This document shows positions 8,026 through 18,711 of a stretch of DNA of 64,000 bases, in pieces; the stretch's first letter is position 1, and every line of letters starts with the position of its first letter. Below the pieces are notes generated by a model that was given only the letters and a program-made list of their open reading frames with translations, did not search any database and was not told the origin of the DNA. A program made the position numbers and the translations under genes. Source of the DNA: an uncultured Gammaproteobacteria bacterium (lineage in GTDB: Bacteria; Patescibacteriota; Patescibacteriia; VMEV01; CAZAJQ01); NCBI GenBank assembly GCA_964485795.1, contig CAZAJQ010000007.1, positions 3,880 to 67,879 of the forward strand, written 5' to 3'.

Positions 8026-9783
8026 TCACGGCTTCTTTAAAATTTTCTTTCGAAGGCGCACAAAATGAGGAGTGATCTCGAGCAATTCATCTTCATTCAT
8101 GATCTCAAGCCCTTTTTCGATGTCGAGTTTCATGGGAGGCGTGAGCTGAATGGCGTCTTCTCCGACCGATCGAACGTTCGTCAAATGTTTTCCTTTTACG
8201 GAATTCACCCACATATCCATGCCCTTGCTGACATTGCCGATCACCATGCCTTCATACACCTCTTCATTGGCTCCCACATAGAGTGTCCCGCGATTCTGAA
8301 GGTTGTCGAGCGAGTAGGCGGCCGCTTTTCCGGTGGCCATGGATACCATCGCGCCGAGTCTATGGCGCTCAATCTCGCCGACATGCGGACGGAAATCCAT
8401 AAACCGTGAAGCCATGATCCCCTCTCCGCTCGTATCCACCATAAACTCATTGCGCAAGCCCAAAAGCCCTCGAGTCGGGATTTCAAACACCAGTCGGGTC
8501 TGTCCGTCGGTGTTTTTCATCTGCGTCATGATCCCTTTTCTACGCGAAATTTTTTCGATGATGCCGCCCACCAAAGCCTCGGGTACGAAAATCGTCAATT
8601 CCTCAAAAGGCTCGAGTTTTTTTCCCGCTTCTTCCTTGATGATGACTTCGGGAAACGTCACCTGCACTTCATAGCCTTCGCGACGCATGTTTTCAAGCAG
8701 CACGGATACATGAAGCTCGCCTCTCGCGAACACTTTGTAATACTCGGGATTGGAAAAATCGATTTTCATTCCCACATTCACTTCCAGCTCTTTCATGAGT
8801 CGCTCCCGAAGCTTCGAGTTTGTCACATATTTGCCGTCTTTCCCGGAAAACGGAGAATTGTTCACGAGCAAGCCGAGAGAAATGGTGGGTTCGTCTATCT
8901 TGATATGCGGCAAACTTTCGGCATTTTCGTCTTCGCATATGGTCTCTCCTATGGAAAGATCAGGGATACCGGCCACCATCACGATGTCTCCGGCATAGGC
9001 TTCCTTCAATGCTTCGCGCTGAAATCCTCGAAACGTGAAAATATTCGTTATCTCGCCGCTTTTGGTTTTTCCATCCGCGGTTTTTATGAACACTTTTTGC
9101 TTTTCTTTCACCGTGCCTTCGTAAATGCGAGCGATGCCGAGGCGACCGAGGAAATTATCGTATCCGAGATTGAAAGGCTGCATGCGAAGTTTCTCGCTCG
9201 CATCGCTTGGCGCGGCCGGAATATTTTCGAGAATGGCATCAAGAAGCGGACTCATGTCGTGAGATTCATCTTCCAAGTTTTTTTTGGCGATGCCTTGCTT
9301 GCCGATGGCGTATATCACTTTGAAATCAAGCTGCCGATCATTGGCTCCCAAATCGATGAAAAGTTCCAATATTTCATCAAGCGCTTCCTTGGGACGGGCG
9401 GAAGGTTTGTCGATCTTGTTCATGACCACGAGCGGATTCAGACCCAGCTCCATGGCCTTTTTGAGGACAAAACGCGTTTGCGGCATGGGTCCTTCGGCGG
9501 CGTCAACCACGAGAATCACCGAATCGATGGAACGCAAAACGCGCTCCACTTCCGAGCTGAAATCGGCATGACCGGGCGTATCGACGATATTGATCTTGGT
9601 ATCCTTATAAAATATGGAAGCGTTTTTGGCATAAATTGTGATGCCGCGTTCACGCTCCAGCGCATTGCTGTCCATGGAAACATTGTCGTCGGATATCATA
9701 CCGGTTTGACGCAGTAAAGCGTCGGTGATGGTGGTTTTACCGTGATCCACATGGGCGATAATGGCAATATTGCGTATTTCCAT
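8026..9783 (-). CDS. typA: Translational GTPase TypA/BipA
   Basis: RNIAIIAHVDHGKTT, ERERGITI, DTPGHADF, GELH, RGLLG. Confidence 0.97.
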   Translation of the reverse strand: MEIRNIAIIAHVDHGKTTITDALLRQTGMISDDNVSMDSNALERERGITIYAKNASIFYKDTKINIVDTPGHADFSSEVERVLRSIDSVILVVDAAEGPMPQTRFVLKKAMELGLNPLVVMNKIDKPSARPKEALDEILELFIDLGANDRQLDFKVIYAIGKQGIAKKNLEDESHDMSPLLDAILENIPAAPSDASEKLRMQPFNLGYDNFLGRLGIARIYEGTVKEKQKVFIKTADGKTKSGEITNIFTFRGFQREALKEAYAGDIVMVAGIPDLSIGETICEDENAESLPHIKIDEPTISLGLLVNNSPFSGKDGKYVTNSKLRERLMKELEVNVGMKIDFSNPEYYKVFARGELHVSVLLENMRREGYEVQVTFPEVIIKEEAGKKLEPFEELTIFVPEALVGGIIEKISRRKGIMTQMKNTDGQTRLVFEIPTRGLLGLRNEFMVDTSGEGIMASRFMDFRPHVGEIERHRLGAMVSMATGKAAAYSLDNLQNRGTLYVGANEEVYEGMVIGNVSKGMDMWVNSVKGKHLTNVRSVGEDAIQLTPPMKLDIEKGLEIMNEDELLEITPHFVRLRKKILKKP

Positions 9784-10020
9784 AAAAAAATGCATGTTTC
9801 TCTCTCACATGCGATTTAACCTCACGCTTGATGGTGAGAAAACAAAAACAAACATGCTTTTATGCATGATGTGGGATCATATCATGGTATGGCGTCGGGT
9901 TGCAACCCAGCCGTCATTCATAACTATATATTCATAAATTTGACTTATTTATATTTTTTTGATTTAATTTACTATCATTCCGAATATATTTTGTTCATTT
10001 TTTCTTGAAAGGTTCAAACA

Positions 10021-10749
10021 ATGAAAAAAATCGTCGCCGTTCTGTTTATCGTCGCACTTTCCATCACCTTCCTCTTGCTCCAGAGAAAACCGATTTCTTC
10101 TCCGGGAAAAGAAGAAAAAACTGATGAGATCACAAATTCCAGTTTAAAAAAAATTCAGCAGAAAGACTGGAGCAAGCATCCGGAGTATATCTGGTTTCAA
10201 AACGAAATACTGGGACCGGCATTGAAATCCTACACCGGACGTTACACTTGTCACTTTCTGCAAGAGGAAGTTCGCATCTTTCACGATCGCTATGCTCGAG
10301 GCATGATCCTGACCGTCCTTGCGACTCCAAAACTCACCGGAGCGTTGGCGATGGCCAACGCCATGAAAAAGGATGACGGCAATATCCAAAAAATCATGCA
10401 GCTGCAGATGGCAGATATGCTCGATGCGTACAAAAAACGACGCGACGAATTTGTCGACATATTGTTCGTCGCGATATCGCACGAAGTGCGACATTTCGAT
10501 AATGGAGATTACAATATCATCGGCGAGCCTCTTCGCGAAAGAGCCTATTACGTCGAAGCCGAAAGCAATGCATGGCTTCATAGCATGAAAGTCCTTGAAG
10601 CCATGTTTTCCGAAAATCGATTGCAGGGAATCAAGAAATTCCCCCTTCACAGCTTTATGAGATACTGGAATGTGTATCGTACATTCGGCGGAGATTCGAA
10701 AGAATGGAAAGCGGCCATCGAACAGAGCGTAAATAAAAATGTAAAATAA
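10021..10749 (+). CDS. Exported putative zinc metallopeptidase
   Basis: N-terminal signal/TM; HEVRH (HExxH) followed by EAESNA. Confidence 0.55.
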   Translation: MKKIVAVLFIVALSITFLLLQRKPISSPGKEEKTDEITNSSLKKIQQKDWSKHPEYIWFQNEILGPALKSYTGRYTCHFLQEEVRIFHDRYARGMILTVLATPKLTGALAMANAMKKDDGNIQKIMQLQMADMLDAYKKRRDEFVDILFVAISHEVRHFDNGDYNIIGEPLRERAYYVEAESNAWLHSMKVLEAMFSENRLQGIKKFPLHSFMRYWNVYRTFGGDSKEWKAAIEQSVNKNVK

Positions 10750-10761
10750 TCTTTTTTCATC

Positions 10762-10796
10762 AAAAAAACACGGACTTGCTTCTATCCGTGTTTTTT
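10762..10796. terminator. Bidirectional terminator
   Basis: AAAAAAACACGGA...TCCGTGTTTTTT. Confidence 0.7.
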
Positions 10797-10893
10797 CTTT
10801 TTTTCCCAAGTTCGAATGACTGACCCGTAAGTTTACACCAAGACGATCGGATTCAGCATTGCTCCATTTTTTCATGACATCCATTCAAGAGAA

Positions 10894-11616
10894 TCATTTC
10901 GCGTCTTTTTCAAAAACCAAATTCAGCGTGAAGGGAACCAGATCGCGTATGGCCTTGTCGCCGATTTGCTGAAAGATGGTGCCGGAATCATAGGTTATCC
11001 CCCACTTGGTGCGATCGATGGAAAAGCTGGCCGTTGATTTCAAACCCGTCGCGGTTTTTTCCATTGCGGCGGGAAACGTTATCTCATGAGTCTGCCCCTT
11101 GATCGTCAGATCGGCTGTGATGTCAAAATCCCTTTCGCTCTTTTTCAAGATATTTTTCATCTTCAAGCGCGACGTGGGAAACTGCTGCACATCAAAAAAA
11201 TCAGCCGACTTGATGTGTCCGAGAAATTGCTGATTATCCTTTGATTCCGAAATTGTGCTCATGTCAATGACAAATTCTCCGTCCACAAAAACTTCATCTT
11301 TGGAAAAAAGTTTTCCGGCCGCTATGCTGACCGTGCCGGTATGGGAGTTTCCCACGATTCTTTCCGCCTTCCATTGCATGGCGGATTGCGACGCTTTGAG
11401 CGAATAGCTGGCATCAAAAGGAAGATTGGATGCGATAGTTGATACGGATGTATTCATACGAGTGTGAATGTTAAATTCCTTGCTGACAGTATCTCTTGTT
11501 TTTTCTTTTGTGACAATATTGACGGCATCCGATGTCAAGTCACTCTTTGACGCAAAATATGATACTCCAAAAACCAACAATACAACGCCTGTTGAAATGA
11601 GAAAAATCTGTGCCAT
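10894..11616 (-). CDS. YceI family lipid/polyisoprenoid-binding protein
   Basis: HIKSADFFDVQQFP, DLTIKGQT, IDRTKWGI; N-terminal TM. Confidence 0.9.
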   Translation of the reverse strand: MAQIFLISTGVVLLVFGVSYFASKSDLTSDAVNIVTKEKTRDTVSKEFNIHTRMNTSVSTIASNLPFDASYSLKASQSAMQWKAERIVGNSHTGTVSIAAGKLFSKDEVFVDGEFVIDMSTISESKDNQQFLGHIKSADFFDVQQFPTSRLKMKNILKKSERDFDITADLTIKGQTHEITFPAAMEKTATGLKSTASFSIDRTKWGITYDSGTIFQQIGDKAIRDLVPFTLNLVFEKDAK

Positions 11617-11671
11617 AGAATACAGCTCAAATCGATTATCTCCGAACGATTTTTTTTAAGAATCGGAAAGG

Positions 11672-13576
11672 TCAAGAAGGAAAATCGACTTTGATGGGAA
11701 GGCGGACAATGACGGTCGTTCCTTCGGATTCTTTGGAAATCACTTCAAGTGACCCTTTGTGCAAATCAATGAAGGATTTCGCGATGAAAAGTCCCAACCC
11801 GATACCGTCCGTATATTTCAAAACCGCTCGTCTGCCTCGGAAAAAAGGTTCAAAAAGATGTTTTTTGTCTTCTTTGGTCATCCCTATCCCCGTATCCCGA
11901 ACGCTGAGAAGGAGAAAATCTTTTTCTTTTGAAAAGTTTATCGTTACGGTTCCTTGTTTTCGATTGTAAAAAATCGCATTGGCGAGCAAGATTTCAAAAA
12001 CTCTCTGAAGTTTTTCTTGATCTCCGGCGATGACGACATCTTCATGCCTTTCAAGAAGCAACGAAACGTCTCCCTTTCTCGCAAGCTCGCGAAGCTTCAT
12101 CATCGCATTTTCGACCAAGGCAAGAACATTGATTTTTTTGTAATTCGAACGATTCGTTTTTTCATTGATCTCAAAAGCGGTAAAAAGATTTTCAAAACCC
12201 AAAATCAAACGTTGGGTGCTCTCATACATGTCCAGAAGAACCGTTTTTTGATCGGTGCGATATTCGTCAATATTCTCCAAAATCGACGATAAATTCCATT
12301 GCAAAACATTGAGAGGCGTTCGGAAAGCGTGCGTGGTGACGGAAAGGAATTTGGTCTTCATATCCACGTTTTCCTGCTGACGGGAAAAAGACTCACGTAT
12401 TTTCAACATAAGCTTATTAAACAACTCCGTAAGTTCCGATACTTCACGGGTTTTGACGATCTGCAAAATTTCGATTTTCTCGTCAAAATTATTGGTACCC
12501 ACCCTATCAATGGCCTGATCCGTCAGATTCGCCAACGGTCGAAGAAACATCCGCGACAAAATCAAAAAAACGATGAAAATGCCAAATAAAAAACCGCCGC
12601 TCAAAACCGCGGTGGAAAAAAACACTTGTTTTCTGGCCGCGGCAAATTGCGCCGTATCCTGCGCAATCCACACTCCCCAGCCAAGCTCCGGAATCGCCGC
12701 ATAAGCGGCGCTTCTTTCGACTCCGTCAGTGTCGATAAAAGCGTCCAAAAAACCCTCTTTCCCGGCTAACGCAAGCTCTGCGGGTTCAAAACCGGACAAG
12801 AGCTTTTGGTCCTTCACAAAATCAACATTGGAATGAACGATAACGCTCCCTTTTTTATCGATCACCACGGGTATCGCAAATTCGCTGCCCAAAGCGGCCT
12901 CAGCCAAGTGATTCAGCGCATCAAGTGATAACCCTCCGACGGCAAAACCGGCGAATTCTTTCCGTTCGTCAAAGATCGGAACCGCTATGGCCACGGTGGG
13001 TATGAATGGCTCGACTCTGGAGTAAATGGTGTCCGAAAAAACGATTTTCTTGGTGGCCAATAATTCGCAATAATAATCGCGGTCGGAAATATTGATACCG
13101 CGAATTTCATGCTCTTTTTCATCGGTTCCAAGCTTGTTGTATCCGGCGACGATGATGCCGTCGCGATCTGCGATGCTCATCGCGAAAAACGCATTGCTGT
13201 TCACCACCGCATTTCTCACGACCGGATAAAGATCATCAAATGTGAATTCTCTACGGGACGCCGATCCGGCGAGTCTTGCGACCGCATCGGAATTATTTTG
13301 CACATAGATCGCAATGCTTCTCGCCAAGGTATGGCTGAAAAGCTTATCCCTTTCTTCAATAAGCTTTTTCTTTTCAAAAAAAAGTTGATTGCCGCGAATA
13401 TACGAGTAAATGACAGCCATGCATACGGTCATCAGAAATGCAGCAATCAAAAAATATGTGGAAAGACGAAAATTTTTATTTTTTTTGGAGGAAATCATGA
13501 CAAACAACAAAGAAATTACACTCCTGACATTATAACGCCCGATTTTCGGAGTTGCAAATCGCAAAAAGCGCTTCAA
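11672..13576 (-). CDS. Membrane sensor histidine kinase (Cache-HAMP-HisKA-HATPase), no adjacent regulator
   Basis: Two TMs, SDRDYY, THAFRTPL H-box, LLANAIFY, DTGIGM, GIGLGL. Confidence 0.9.
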   Translation of the reverse strand: MKRFLRFATPKIGRYNVRSVISLLFVMISSKKNKNFRLSTYFLIAAFLMTVCMAVIYSYIRGNQLFFEKKKLIEERDKLFSHTLARSIAIYVQNNSDAVARLAGSASRREFTFDDLYPVVRNAVVNSNAFFAMSIADRDGIIVAGYNKLGTDEKEHEIRGINISDRDYYCELLATKKIVFSDTIYSRVEPFIPTVAIAVPIFDERKEFAGFAVGGLSLDALNHLAEAALGSEFAIPVVIDKKGSVIVHSNVDFVKDQKLLSGFEPAELALAGKEGFLDAFIDTDGVERSAAYAAIPELGWGVWIAQDTAQFAAARKQVFFSTAVLSGGFLFGIFIVFLILSRMFLRPLANLTDQAIDRVGTNNFDEKIEILQIVKTREVSELTELFNKLMLKIRESFSRQQENVDMKTKFLSVTTHAFRTPLNVLQWNLSSILENIDEYRTDQKTVLLDMYESTQRLILGFENLFTAFEINEKTNRSNYKKINVLALVENAMMKLRELARKGDVSLLLERHEDVVIAGDQEKLQRVFEILLANAIFYNRKQGTVTINFSKEKDFLLLSVRDTGIGMTKEDKKHLFEPFFRGRRAVLKYTDGIGLGLFIAKSFIDLHKGSLEVISKESEGTTVIVRLPIKVDFPS

Positions 13577-13801
13577 TGATAACTTTTCGGAACGGAATAT
13601 CCCTTAAAATCAAAAATACATGTGAATCCGACTCGTGAAGTTTCATTTCGTGTTCCAAAATGAGGTTTACGGCGTTTTTCTTCAAAAACCAAATTAAGCG
13701 CATGCGACTTCTGCGACGATCATGAAAAATTCAAACTCTTCATACACGATCGCATTCCATACACCTTGAATACATGATACTATTGCATCAAGACTTCCTC
13801 T

Positions 13802-15409
13802 ATGAAAATAAAATTTCGTTTCGTACTGGTAACCGTGACGGCTTGCGCGACGTTTTTTTTGATGACCGCAACCAAAGCCGCCAATCATGAAATCACTGAG
13901 ATCCTCACTCCGGCAAGCCGGCCTTTTTTTTATAACTTGAAAATTTTCGGCGAAGACATGACGCAAATGTTTTTCGGCGTATTTTCCGGAAACACCGAAA
14001 GAGACTATCTGAAAGAACGCATCGCAGAGAGACAGGCCGAGATGGATATCATCAGAAAAAAAGAAAATTGGGGCGAAGAATACCTCCGTGTCGCAAATAT
14101 TCGAAGACGTTTGGAAAAAACACTCGATGAAAAACTCATAGACGCCGGGGAACCGATCCATCTTCCGATCGATTTTTGGGAAGAAGGCAATCTCTATTCC
14201 GACGCGACAAAAAACGCCAGATTGAATACGGTGCGAAAAAGATTGGCCGAACTCGATGGGGTCGATGAAAATCTCACCGGAGAAGAAATATTCCTTCGCA
14301 ATGAGCTTGCGGAATTGGAATCGGAAAAAAAGATGAGCGACGAATTTGACATGCTTTTCACTTTGTCGCGATTGTCGGACAAGGAGTATGTCGAAAAACT
14401 TTTGAAAGAAAAAGAAAAACTTTCGTTTGCTATTGAAACCGCTCTGGAAGCCGCCGAAAATAATCAATCGCTTTACTCGGGAGAATTCCGAGAAAATGCG
14501 GACGTTTTGGACGCAAACAAAAAGCTGGAAGCATCCATACGTCAAGCGCAAATGATTTTTTTGGACAAAAACTACGCTCTCATTGACGATGCCGTACGCC
14601 GAATGCAAAACGACCTTTTGGAAATCGCAAAAGTTTTGGAAAAGCAAAGTTATCAAAGCAGCGTGAGCAACAAAACGGTTGCAAAAACGGATGATCGGAA
14701 AACGCCAATCCCTCAGCCCATTGTCGTTGACACAAAACCGGCTGAAAAACCGATTCAAAAACCGAAAACTCCTCTTACACCCTTACCGACGGAAACCGAG
14801 GGATCACCTTTGACTTTGCTCGGATATTACGCCGGATTATCGGGTCAGGTGAACGTGTATTTCAGCGTAAATTTCGGCGGTCAGGGCGGCAATCCGCCGT
14901 ATCATTTTCAGCTGGGCAGCGGAGTCGGCTTTCCTCCGCAGGGAATCGTCTTGGACGCAAACGGAAAACTTTCCGGGACTCCGAAAATCGCCGGCACGTC
15001 GACGTTCAGCGTTTGCGTCCTGGATCTCAGCGCAACGAGCGACTGCGGGACGTTTACCATGATCGTCACGGAGGCCGAAAAACCAGAAACAACCCCAAAA
15101 ACGGAAGTGACTCTTTCTCTTATTTCGCGATCATGCGTCGGCGATAAAGTACAAGTGATCGGCCGAGCCAGCGGCCCGGTGGGAACGACTTTTAATTCGC
15201 ATTACAGCGACGGGCCCGACTGCGGAAGCTGGACGATAACCCCGAGCAGTGGCTGCCGCCGCGAAGAAGGCGACCCGGAATCCACACAATGGGTGTACAC
15301 CTTCACGAAGTTTCGCGTCAGCGATGATCCGCAAGTCATCGAAATTTTTTTTAACGATCCGCAAGGAATCGATGTCGAAAAAAGCATCCGATACGATAAA
15401 AATTGCTAG
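13802..15409 (+). CDS. Secreted coiled-coil protein with Pro-rich linker and putative Ig (He_PIG-like) domain
   Basis: Signal peptide; GGNPPYHF...PQGIVLDANGKLSGTP...GTSTFSV. Confidence 0.7.
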   Translation: MKIKFRFVLVTVTACATFFLMTATKAANHEITEILTPASRPFFYNLKIFGEDMTQMFFGVFSGNTERDYLKERIAERQAEMDIIRKKENWGEEYLRVANIRRRLEKTLDEKLIDAGEPIHLPIDFWEEGNLYSDATKNARLNTVRKRLAELDGVDENLTGEEIFLRNELAELESEKKMSDEFDMLFTLSRLSDKEYVEKLLKEKEKLSFAIETALEAAENNQSLYSGEFRENADVLDANKKLEASIRQAQMIFLDKNYALIDDAVRRMQNDLLEIAKVLEKQSYQSSVSNKTVAKTDDRKTPIPQPIVVDTKPAEKPIQKPKTPLTPLPTETEGSPLTLLGYYAGLSGQVNVYFSVNFGGQGGNPPYHFQLGSGVGFPPQGIVLDANGKLSGTPKIAGTSTFSVCVLDLSATSDCGTFTMIVTEAEKPETTPKTEVTLSLISRSCVGDKVQVIGRASGPVGTTFNSHYSDGPDCGSWTITPSSGCRREEGDPESTQWVYTFTKFRVSDDPQVIEIFFNDPQGIDVEKSIRYDKNC

Positions 15410-15448
15410 CATCTCCATTCATTCCAATATCAAATATTTTTCAATCCT

Positions 15449-17083
15449 GTGAAAGAAAAAATAAAAAAGTCATATAAAAGAACGGTCATACCGGCTGCAT
15501 TGATCGTATTGATCGCTCTCCTTGTCTTGAGCCCCAATCTATACTGGCTAACACAATCAAGCCTCTGGTACGGACAACGCGCAATATGCGGAAACGTAAC
15601 GAACAAGAATAATGCGCAAAGAATCAATCTTTCTGATATTTATTTTCAAGCCGATACCTTGAATTTTCGCGCTGTTTCCATGACAGGCGAGCTTCGCTAC
15701 TCCAAAAGCGGCGAGGCATGGTATCTCAAGGACGGCATTTACATCCTTCCTCTCGATACCGCCGATTGTCAAAACATGAACGGGTTCAAAAACGATCAGC
15801 ATATCGTCGCCATACAAGGGACGGTTCAAACGCGAAACGGAACGCCTTTTCTCCTCGTTTCCGACTTGCAAGAAACGGTTCCGACCTCGGTGCAAATTTT
15901 TTACAGTGGCGGAATATGGGGCTTGATCGCGCTCGTTGTGTTTTTTCTTTCAAACCTGCCGAAATTTTTACGGTTCTTTTTCATTCGCCTGCAAGGAAAA
16001 AATGAACACCGGACTTCGCTTCCGGAAAATCATCCGGAAAAACAAGCAAAAAAATCATTGATATTTGGCATTGTCGCTTTTCCCGCATGGATGGTCAACC
16101 CGATTTTGGGGGCCGGATTACAGATCTATTCGCTCATCGCCCATCATGACGGGATTCGATCACGGCGACGCATAAAGGCGTTTTCGGGAATGATTCTCTG
16201 CTCTTTGGGACTCATCATCATGCCGATAGAAAGCATCGGTTTCGAAAGATTTGAAAAACCGATCGCGAATTTTTACGCTTCTTCATTCGGACCTTTGAAA
16301 AAAGAAGTGCCCGTCAAACCCCGGCTCGAAATCCTTCCCCGCGTAAACGACGGATTTCATGTCAGCGTTCACCCGCCCTTGGGGTGGACATCCGTCGACA
16401 TGACCGGAAAAACAGATACCGCATTTATCTTCCGAGGTTCGGAATACGGCCGATTACATAACGAACCTTTTTATCCGGAAATGAATGTCTCGACCGTTCC
16501 ATGCGAATCATGTTCCGAAAAAAATGATTGGGAGATTTTTGAAAATTACAAAAAAAATTTATTTTTCGACAAAAACATCGACGTCACTTCCGAAAAAACT
16601 CGAAAGCTCTCCCAAGGCGCTTACCATACTCTCGAATTGCAAACGTCGGAAACACGTGAAAACTCAACCTTTCATGGTTTGGTATTTCTCTTGGCAGAAA
16701 ACCATCTTCTCTACATCGTTAAAACCGAAGTTCCCGAAGAAATGTGGAACCGCGAATACGAAACCTTGATTCAAAATTCGATCGAAACGCTGAAAATATG
16801 GAAAGCCTCGTTCGCATCATGTTTGCGAAGCAAAGGCGTCACAATGTACGGAACACTTTACTGCGAACCATGCCAAATCCAGAAGAATCTTTTCACCGAC
16901 GGAGACGAAGATCTCCGTTTCATCGAATGCAACGCCATTGAAGGGACAAAGCAGCTTCGCCTCTGCTCCGACAAATCAATCACCGGATACCCCACCTGGG
17001 AATTTTCCGACGGATCAATGCTCGTGGGAGCGCAGACGCTCGATGTGCTCGCAGAAAAAACCGGATGCGCACTCGGTGGCTAG
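15449..17083 (+). CDS. Multidomain membrane protein with PsbP-like region and C-terminal thioredoxin-like domain
   Basis: Several TMs; FHVSVHPPLGW; MYGTLYCEPCQIQK...IEC...ITGYPTW. Confidence 0.7.
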   Translation: MKEKIKKSYKRTVIPAALIVLIALLVLSPNLYWLTQSSLWYGQRAICGNVTNKNNAQRINLSDIYFQADTLNFRAVSMTGELRYSKSGEAWYLKDGIYILPLDTADCQNMNGFKNDQHIVAIQGTVQTRNGTPFLLVSDLQETVPTSVQIFYSGGIWGLIALVVFFLSNLPKFLRFFFIRLQGKNEHRTSLPENHPEKQAKKSLIFGIVAFPAWMVNPILGAGLQIYSLIAHHDGIRSRRRIKAFSGMILCSLGLIIMPIESIGFERFEKPIANFYASSFGPLKKEVPVKPRLEILPRVNDGFHVSVHPPLGWTSVDMTGKTDTAFIFRGSEYGRLHNEPFYPEMNVSTVPCESCSEKNDWEIFENYKKNLFFDKNIDVTSEKTRKLSQGAYHTLELQTSETRENSTFHGLVFLLAENHLLYIVKTEVPEEMWNREYETLIQNSIETLKIWKASFASCLRSKGVTMYGTLYCEPCQIQKNLFTDGDEDLRFIECNAIEGTKQLRLCSDKSITGYPTWEFSDGSMLVGAQTLDVLAEKTGCALGG

Positions 17084-17107
17084 ACGATGAGCATTCACGG
17101 CGAAACG

Positions 17108-17134
17108 AAAAAACCGCGTCAATGCGGTTTTTTT
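17108..17134. terminator. Bidirectional terminator
   Basis: AAAAAACCGC-gtcaat-GCGGTTTTTTT. Confidence 0.7.
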
Positions 17135-17165
17135 ACTCTCGCTCTATTGTTTCTACGGCGTTTTA

Positions 17166-17615
17166 TCAATTCCTTTTCTTTCGATTGAGTTTCACTGGCG
17201 GCCATAGCAGCCAATACAAGGCCAATGGCGCTCCCCAATTGGCCCAACGTTCGACAAAATCCCAAATCGACAAACCAACAATCGGTCTTAAGAGTGCAGT
17301 AAAAAATCCCCAGAAAATCATCCACAACACCGCAGGACGCCATGGTTTTATCAAAAGCAAAACAGCAAAAACGACGTCGCTGAGTCCGATGATAAATAAA
17401 AATTGGGTTGCAACTCTTGCATCCGAAATCCCAAAGGTATAAAACCATTCAATCCATTCCTTTTTGCCTTGCATGGCAAAAACACCATGACCGAAGAATT
17501 CTCCGGCGACAGCAACCCTCAAAATCCAATTCATGAGCGTTGGATTCAAAATACTGTTTCCATTAATTTTCCACCTTTGGCGCACGTACCTTGAAAGGTA
17601 GTATATCACTTTCAC
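17166..17615 (-). CDS. Small DoxX-like membrane protein
   Basis: WILRVAVAGEFFGHG, ERWANWGAPLAL; about 4 TMs. Confidence 0.7.
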   Translation of the reverse strand: MKVIYYLSRYVRQRWKINGNSILNPTLMNWILRVAVAGEFFGHGVFAMQGKKEWIEWFYTFGISDARVATQFLFIIGLSDVVFAVLLLIKPWRPAVLWMIFWGFFTALLRPIVGLSIWDFVERWANWGAPLALYWLLWPPVKLNRKKRN

Positions 17616-17848
17616 GGAAGCGCGAAGAAGAGGATGTCATGATCGTAACGGTAAATTTACTTTATCTTTTTTTGCTTCAACATTATGTCGTCAAATTATT
17701 TGTTGTTTGGAGGTAAAAAGAAAAACGAAGCTCTTCAAAACTTCGTTCATCTCTACTCGAATGAAGGAGAACATGCCGACTTCGCATGACTCAGACGAAC
17801 ACCCTCCATGGAGTGAAGTGTGTTCGCCCGCTGGCGAACTCTACTTCA

Positions 17849-17938
17849 CTCCGAATCGTGGACAACGTCAGAACCATCTTCCAGCAACAAACTGAATACG
17901 TTTATATCCCAGATTTAAGCGCTTTCGCCACGAAATAA
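17849..17938 (+). other. Distal att junction carrying the displaced integrase C-terminal segment
   Basis: CTC CGA ATC GTG GAC AAC GTC AGA ACC ... AAA TAA = LRIVDNVRTIFQQQTEYVYIPDLSAFATK*, no ATG start of its own. Confidence 0.75.
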
Positions 17939-17970
17939 GGATTTACCCTACCCCGTGACTCACTATTGTT

Positions 17971-18711
17971 TCAACTTAAGCCTTCATCAACGATTTTCAC
18001 CAAAGACTCCTCCCAACCGAAACAAGTCTCTTTACCGCATAGTTTTTCAAACACCCTAACACACTTGTTATCGAGTTTTGCGTATTCCTGAAGCATTAAA
18101 ACAACCTCCTCGATGAATCCGCCGACTGTGCCATTAGAATCATCGACGCCTCCCGTACACAACTTTTTATCCAAACGTAACAGCAAATCAACGAGTAATT
18201 CAGCAGTTTGAACGCTTACAGGCAAGTCAGAGACCAATTTTGCCAATCGAGCGCACCCTTCATCAAGCGAATTTTGATAAGAAAACCAAAGACGAGACGG
18301 TACATTGTAAGGTTTGATGTGGCTCATGGCCGAGGTAATGGCTTTTTTGATTTCCGAGATTCCCTCTTTGCTCAATTCTCCACGTTTACCGCTACAGATA
18401 GGACTACTGACTCGATTCTTGTCTTCCTTGGCCAACTTTTTGCCGTTCATTACAGCATGAATAGATAAAGCAACCATGTGTTTGCAGAGTGTGTCTTGTT
18501 GGCCAAGATAACATTCGCAATTTCCCAAACCGAAACGCCGTGCCTCGATTGAAACACGGTAAGGACGGGTTCCGAGGACTACGGCCGAATATGCCCCGAT
18601 TCCCTCCTCAAACCGCGTGACTTTGCCAGATTCATACAAAACAACAGCTTTCTCATAAGTCGGCTGATCCGTGGCGAATTTGATTTTGTCTAAGCCAAAT
18701 GATGGTTTCAT
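17971..18711 (-). CDS. SWIM zinc-finger protein
   Basis: CECYLGQQDTLCKH; DDSNGTVG; 4-bp overlap with upstream gene. Confidence 0.85.
   Translation of the reverse strand: MKPSFGLDKIKFATDQPTYEKAVVLYESGKVTRFEEGIGAYSAVVLGTRPYRVSIEARRFGLGNCECYLGQQDTLCKHMVALSIHAVMNGKKLAKEDKNRVSSPICSGKRGELSKEGISEIKKAITSAMSHIKPYNVPSRLWFSYQNSLDEGCARLAKLVSDLPVSVQTAELLVDLLLRLDKKLCTGGVDDSNGTVGGFIEEVVLMLQEYAKLDNKCVRVFEKLCGKETCFGWEESLVKIVDEGLS

Noticed and set aside
17707-17895. 62-aa ORF across the distal junction
   Set aside because: Crosses hairpins and the att site; the meaningful frame is the integrase tail in another frame
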